A program made the position numbers and the translations under genes. A stretch of DNA of 64,000 nt, from NCBI GenBank assembly GCA_031413715.1, contig JANOFO010000007.1, positions 90,338-154,337 of the forward strand, written 5' to 3'. Shown here piece by piece: positions 59,347-64,000 of this stretch. How positions within the stretch are numbered: the stretch's first letter is position 1; each line of letters starts with the position of its first letter. Under the pieces are notes generated by a model. That model worked only from the letters and a program-made list of their open reading frames with translations. It searched no databases and was not told the DNA's origin. Source of the stretch: Minisyncoccota bacterium. Its GTDB lineage: Bacteria; Patescibacteriota; Minisyncoccia; Phycocordibacterales; UBA9973.

Positions 59347-61653
59347 ATGCCCAATAATATTCATAGCCAAACCTACAGAGTAAAAGGAATGCACTGCGCT
59401 TCGTGCTCCTCGATCATCGAGAAGACCTTTAAGAAAGTAGAGGGTGTGCAATCCGCAGAGGTAAACTACGGCACAGAGAAAGCCAAAGTATCTTTTGATC
59501 CGTCAAAGACGAATCCTCACGACCTTTCAAAGCATATCGAGCCCCTTGGTTACTCACTAGAAGTTCCTTCCACTGCCGAGGAAATGGGAATGTCTGAAAG
59601 CGAGCATGCTGGACACCTAGGTCTCAATCAATCAAAAAAAGAAAAGCTTGCCGAGGTCGCTGATATGCGGACAAAGGTAATGACGGCTATCCCTCTCGCT
59701 ATTTTCAGCATCATCGTCATGGGCTGGGATATCTTTGCTCAATTTGGAATCTTTTCCGCAATGTCTACAGTTGTGTCTGAGTTCGTCCATCACCTTTTAC
59801 CGATCTTTGCGACATACGTACTCTTTGTGGTCGGCAAGCCCTACCTTTTAGGTTTCTATCGCTTCTTGCGTTACGGCAAAGCAAACATGGATACACTCAT
59901 CGGTATCGGTACGTCAATCGCATTTCTATACAGCTTTATCATCACCGCTTTTGAAGAACCGCTCCGCCAGTTTATAAATGTTGAGCATACATATTACGAC
60001 GTTACCATCGTAGTGATAGCTTTTATTACTCTCGGCAAATATCTCGAAGCGAAGGCAAAAATTAAAACCGGAGACGCTATAGAGAAACTACTTAATCTCC
60101 AAGCTAAGACAGCCATCGTCATCCGAGACGGCAAAGAGCAGGAAGTACCTATCAATCAGGTTGTTCATGGCGACAGTATTGTGGTCAAGCCAGGTACTCG
60201 CGTTCCGGTAGACGGGACCGTGTCTGAGGGCTCGTCATTTGTAGATGAATCAATGGTTACCGGAGAGTCCATGCCAATTGAGAAAAATGTCGGCGATCTT
60301 GTTGTGGCCGGTACGATCAATACGACTGGATCATTTGTATTTAAAGCAACAAAGGTTGGATCGGAGACACTGCTTGCCCACATCATCAAAATGGTTGAGG
60401 ACGCGCAAGGCAGTCGTGCTCCGATTCAAGCACTGGCTGATAAAATTTCGGCTGTATTCGTTCCGATTGTCTTAGTCCTCGCTTTTGTGGCACTAGGTGC
60501 GTGGCTTCTTTTAGGCACGTCTACGCTCGGTTTCTCTCAAGCTCTTTCGTACGGACTTACTTCGTTCGTTGGCATTCTGGTCATCGCATGTCCGTGTGCG
60601 CTTGGGCTTGCGACACCGACGGCGATTATTGTTGGTGTCGGTAAGGGGGCGAAAGAAGGAATTTTAATTAAGGACGCCGCGACTCTTGAAAAGCTTCATA
60701 AGGTCAATACGGTTGTGGTAGACAAGACCGGCACGATCACTAAAGGCAAGCCGGAACTTGTCAGTGTGCAGAATCTATCAACATTACCGGAAGAAAAACT
60801 CATCTCTATTCTTGCAACGCTTGAAGCCAAATCCGAACATCCTATTGCTCATGCCGTACTAGAATATGCGAAGACAAAAAATATTCCTCACATGTCAGCT
60901 TCTGGTTTCGAGATTATCAAAGGAAAAGGGGTAAAAGCCGTTATTGAAAACACCGAATACTTTGCTGGAAATACAAAACTCATTTCTGATCTCAAACTAT
61001 CTTTTGATCTAAATAAAATTGAGGCGGAAACCTTACAGGGCAAGACTCCGGTGATCCTTGCTACAAATGAGGTGGTGCTGGGTGTGGTTATGGTGGCAGA
61101 TGCTATCAAACCAGAGGCTGTTGAAGCGGTAAAAAGTCTGCACAAGCTTGGCATAAAAGTCATTATGCTAACCGGTGATCACAAAAACACCGCTCAGGCA
61201 ATCGCTAAAGAAGTCGGGATAGACGATGTGGTGGCCGAAGTGCTTCCGGAGGATAAGCTCAATAAAATCAAAGAGTTGCAGAGTCAGGGTCGTATCGTTG
61301 CTATGGCTGGTGACGGCATCAATGACGCCCCAGCACTTGCTCAAGCCGATGTGGGTATTGCTATGGGGACCGGCACGGACGTGGCTATCGAGACTGCTGG
61401 CATCACACTTTTACACGGTGATATCTCCAAGTTGGTAAAAGCCGTTCGCTTGTCCAAGCTCACTATGCGAGGAATAAAACAAAATCTTTTTTGGGCTTTT
61501 ATCTATAACATCATTGGTATTCCACTTGCCGGAGGATTATTTTTCCCGATTTTTGGTTGGCTCTTGAATCCAATATTTGCAGGGCTTGCGATGGCATTCT
61601 CAAGCGTTTCGGTGGTCGGCAACTCATTACGACTTAAGGCAATGAAAATATAA
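59347..61653 (+). CDS. copA: Cu(I)-translocating P1B-type ATPase
   Basis: GMHCASC, TGES, CPC, DKTGT, HP, GDGIND, YN and MAFSS. Confidence 0.95.
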   Translation: MPNNIHSQTYRVKGMHCASCSSIIEKTFKKVEGVQSAEVNYGTEKAKVSFDPSKTNPHDLSKHIEPLGYSLEVPSTAEEMGMSESEHAGHLGLNQSKKEKLAEVADMRTKVMTAIPLAIFSIIVMGWDIFAQFGIFSAMSTVVSEFVHHLLPIFATYVLFVVGKPYLLGFYRFLRYGKANMDTLIGIGTSIAFLYSFIITAFEEPLRQFINVEHTYYDVTIVVIAFITLGKYLEAKAKIKTGDAIEKLLNLQAKTAIVIRDGKEQEVPINQVVHGDSIVVKPGTRVPVDGTVSEGSSFVDESMVTGESMPIEKNVGDLVVAGTINTTGSFVFKATKVGSETLLAHIIKMVEDAQGSRAPIQALADKISAVFVPIVLVLAFVALGAWLLLGTSTLGFSQALSYGLTSFVGILVIACPCALGLATPTAIIVGVGKGAKEGILIKDAATLEKLHKVNTVVVDKTGTITKGKPELVSVQNLSTLPEEKLISILATLEAKSEHPIAHAVLEYAKTKNIPHMSASGFEIIKGKGVKAVIENTEYFAGNTKLISDLKLSFDLNKIEAETLQGKTPVILATNEVVLGVVMVADAIKPEAVEAVKSLHKLGIKVIMLTGDHKNTAQAIAKEVGIDDVVAEVLPEDKLNKIKELQSQGRIVAMAGDGINDAPALAQADVGIAMGTGTDVAIETAGITLLHGDISKLVKAVRLSKLTMRGIKQNLFWAFIYNIIGIPLAGGLFFPIFGWLLNPIFAGLAMAFSSVSVVGNSLRLKAMKI

Positions 61654-61655
61654 CT

Positions 61656-62669
61656 ATGAAAACCTACACATTCCATGTCACTGGTACCCACTGTGCATCA
61701 TGCAAAATCTTAATCGAGGATGTTTTAAGTGAGCAATCTTTTATTAAGAGCTCGCAGGTTAACTTGAAAAAGGAAACGGTCACTATCGAGATCGAGAGCG
61801 AACAAAGTGCCGAAGAAGTGGCGCAACTACTGACAGGTAAAATAAAACCCAACGGCTACACACTTTCAGTTAAAAAAGTGATTCAGGAAAAGAAATCTGA
61901 CGATGTTATCTGGAAAGCAATCCCAATCGGTCTTATATTCTTGATACTATTTTTTATATTGCAAAAGTCAGGCATTCTTAATCTCGGTATAGGCGGCACC
62001 ACAACACCGGCGACAAGCTTTATTATCGGCCTCATCGCATCGGTGTCGAGCTGTCTTGCGATAGTTGGCGGTCTGATCCTTTCGCTCTCTGCGAAAGTCG
62101 CGCAGGACGAAAGCACCAAGACCAGTAAAAAGCAGTTTATCCTATTCCACGGCGGTAGACTGTTTGGCTTCGCAGTACTCGGTGGTGTATTGGGTCTCGT
62201 CGGGCAAGCGATCGGTATCAGCTTCACCTTTTCTGCGATCCTTGGCCTCATTGCATCGAGCGTGATGATACTGCTCGGTCTCAATCTGGTGGGCGTTATC
62301 AAGAAAAATAAGGTCTCTCTGCCAACCGGCATATTCGCGTATTTTAGAAAAATAGAACATTCGACCTTTGCTCCGATCCTCATCGGTATTGGCACGTTCT
62401 TCTTGCCGTGCGGATTCACTCAAGCGATGCAGGTCGCCGCGCTTTCAAGCGGATCATTCGTGTCCGGACTCCTGATCATGCTTTCGTTTGCGCTCGGTAC
62501 GCTCCCAATGCTCGCGCTCCTTTCATTCGGATCGGTGTCATTCGCTCACTCGAAGCACGCGCCACTGTTTTTCAAATCAGCCGGTATTGTTGTGATCGGA
62601 CTCGGAATCTTTGCACTCCTTGCAGGTCTTGCCGGACTTGGAATCATCCGTCCTTTATTTAACATTTAA
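61656..62669 (+). CDS. HMA domain plus DsbD_2-like membrane protein
   Basis: GTHCASC, SSCLAIVGG, FLPCG, FALGTLP. Confidence 0.85.
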   Translation: MKTYTFHVTGTHCASCKILIEDVLSEQSFIKSSQVNLKKETVTIEIESEQSAEEVAQLLTGKIKPNGYTLSVKKVIQEKKSDDVIWKAIPIGLIFLILFFILQKSGILNLGIGGTTTPATSFIIGLIASVSSCLAIVGGLILSLSAKVAQDESTKTSKKQFILFHGGRLFGFAVLGGVLGLVGQAIGISFTFSAILGLIASSVMILLGLNLVGVIKKNKVSLPTGIFAYFRKIEHSTFAPILIGIGTFFLPCGFTQAMQVAALSSGSFVSGLLIMLSFALGTLPMLALLSFGSVSFAHSKHAPLFFKSAGIVVIGLGIFALLAGLAGLGIIRPLFNI

Positions 62670-62689
62670 CTTTTTGATATAATAAGCTT

Positions 62690-63094
62690 ATGAACAAAAC
62701 CGCCTCAATCATCATCACAATCGCCCTCGTTGTCGGTATCGGCATTGTCTTTCTTGGCGGTTCAAAATCAAATAACAATACTTCTGCTGTTTCTAGCCAA
62801 CCTACATCAAACGTCGAGATAAAAGGCGGCGTTCAATACGTAACGATTGATGCGAAAGCCGGTTATGCTCCAAAAGTATCAACGGCGAAAGCTGGCATTC
62901 CAACCAAGCTCGTTGTAAAAACGAACGGCACCTATGACTGCTCGGCTTCTTTGGCGATTCGGTCAATCGGATATCAAAAAATACTGCCGCAAACGGGAGA
63001 AGAAACAATCGACATTGGCACTCCGAAAGCCGGAGAGCCATTACAGGGAGTGTGTGGTATGGGAATGTATAACTTTTTGATTAATTTTAGTTAG
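62690..63094 (+). CDS. Cupredoxin-domain protein (CupA-like)
   Basis: N-terminal TM, GYAP, YDCS, CGMGMY. Confidence 0.85.
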   Translation: MNKTASIIITIALVVGIGIVFLGGSKSNNNTSAVSSQPTSNVEIKGGVQYVTIDAKAGYAPKVSTAKAGIPTKLVVKTNGTYDCSASLAIRSIGYQKILPQTGEETIDIGTPKAGEPLQGVCGMGMYNFLINFS

Positions 63095-63251
63095 ACTAAA
63101 CCAGTCATATTTGCTTAATGTTTCAAAAGTTAAGCAAATCGTCCCATGCGCTCAAATTTGGTTTTACGGCTCATCAGTGTCGCAATTGGTGCAAAGCTCT
63201 TACTCTCGACACAAAGCTCGCCACAGGGGCAAACAGCTGGGGAATCAGGGG

Positions 63252-63363
63252 TTACAGGTTCTCGTACTTGGCCAGCAATCCTTTCATCTGGTCTAAAACC
63301 ACGGTAGGATATTTGTACTCCTCCGCCCAGTCAAAAGTTCGAAAATCGTTGAGCAGGGCGAGC
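63252..63363 (-). other. Displaced 3' end of the island-2 recombinase gene (attR side)
   Basis: In frame with the TGG CTC core: LALLNDFRTFDWAEEYKYPTVVLDQMKGLLAKYENL*. Confidence 0.75.
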
Positions 63364-63567
63364 TCGTAAAAATCTTAAGTCCCCCATCTGGGGGCTTTTG
63401 ATTTTTTGAGCTCCGGAGAGAAAGCAAACTGCTTTGCTTTCGTGCAGGGAGCGAAAGATTGGTGCTGTTTTGTTTACAAAACCACCAATTCACGCGCTGT
63501 AGGCGAGATCTCCTGCCTCCGGAGCAAAATTTTTAGCCCCGCCCGAACGACTGTTCAGTCGGGCTGG
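63360..63567. repeat. Host palindromic element containing inverted and direct copies of the tRNA-Asn 3' end
   Basis: gctccggag[25-nt palindrome]gcagggagcgaa (63410-63455), cctgcctccggagc (63512-63525), 30-bp palindrome (63538-63567). Confidence 0.7.
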
Positions 63568-63635
63568 CATATATTTCAATGGTTATTTTTTCTACCTTCT
63601 TAGGAAGTTCGAACCTAGTTTGTTATAATTCAATA

Positions 63636-64000
63636 ATGGACAAAGTACCAGGACAAAATAGAAAACCATACCTAATAAAATTTGAACAAACAGATAAAGG
63701 TAAAGAAGGTTTACTAGAAGCAGAACTTATATCAGGAGAAAAAATTACACTCAAATTCTCCTCTCGCTTCCAAGGGAAAATAGAATTGCTCAAAAAAGCA
63801 TTATCTGCAAAAAATTACGAGGATTTATATACTGCTATATCAAGGATTCCATCAAATGAAATGGAAGAACTCACTAACGATGAAATTGTTTATTTTATAG
63901 AAAATAACCCTGAGGGTTACACTTTAGACGATTACAAAAAGTCATATCCGGAAGGAGGTCTAAAAACTGAAAATAATCCAATCGGTGTTGAATACACTTT
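63636..64000 (+). CDS. Hypothetical protein, runs off the window
   Basis: TGtTATAAT-N6-ATG; MDKVPGQNRKPYLIKFEQ... open to the end. Confidence 0.6.
   Translation, partial: MDKVPGQNRKPYLIKFEQTDKGKEGLLEAELISGEKITLKFSSRFQGKIELLKKALSAKNYEDLYTAISRIPSNEMEELTNDEIVYFIENNPEGYTLDDYKKSYPEGGLKTENNPIGVEYT

Larger units (their letters stand above)
45120..63363. mobile_element. Island 2: ~18.2-kb serine-recombinase element in tRNA-Asn with defence and copper cargo
   Basis: GAGC core at 45120-45123 and 63360-63363; rejoining restores an in-frame recombinase tail and a long host hairpin; alternative right end at 63512-63525. Confidence 0.8.

Noticed and set aside
4258-62662. Numerous antisense or alternate-frame ORFs overlapping typA, mreB, ftsZ, gyrA, rpsA, hisS, res and copA
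   Set aside because: Shadow ORFs of well-supported genes with no motifs of their own.
45084-63363. Complete prophage or conjugative element
   Set aside because: No capsid, portal, large terminase, tail, relaxase or T4SS ATPase genes.
63512-63525. 14-bp tRNA-Asn 3' duplicate as the attR of island 2
   Set aside because: Not fully excluded. It lies inside a palindromic composite, whereas the 63360-63363 junction restores both a long in-frame recombinase tail and a host hairpin.
63111-63603. ORFs 63111..63296, 63118..63369, 63293..63493 and 63406..63603
   Set aside because: They span the attR junction and palindromic repeats and show no protein-like features.

Overview
Window from a small-genome bacterium of the Patescibacteria/CPR, Parcubacteria-like. 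The assignment is an inference from the VirB2/TrbC-like pilin cluster, the sigma70-r4/HARE-HTH gene, degenerate PriA/HolB and very tight gene packing. The backbone is housekeeping: mltG, typA, rseP, frr, mreB, priA, rpsU, ybeY, ftsA, ftsZ, trxB, gyrA, rpsA, pth, lepB, hisS, def, fmt, hpf and 4 tRNAs. Two large-serine-recombinase islands interrupt it. Island 1 (~18690-25040, 3' end of tRNA-Glu) carries a wHTH gene, a structured RNA, a secreted coiled-coil protein, an unexplained 8-unit ~45-46 bp non-coding array, an ABC-ATPase/TOPRIM nuclease and a membrane-anchored protein. Island 2 (~45120-63363, 3' end of tRNA-Asn) carries satellite-like core genes, AbiE, type III R-M, Shedu, an FN3/peptidoglycan-binding surface protein and a CsoR-CopA copper operon. 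In both islands the crossover lies inside the recombinase gene. The integrated gene ends in a short tail read from the antisense tRNA, while a longer in-frame tail sits at the far end of the island and would be rejoined on excision. Other notable signals are short palindromes inserted in frame in three housekeeping genes, degenerate tRNA copies flanking both target tRNAs, and many TANNNT-N6-ATG leaderless starts. All calls come from reading the sequence by eye; no searches were run.
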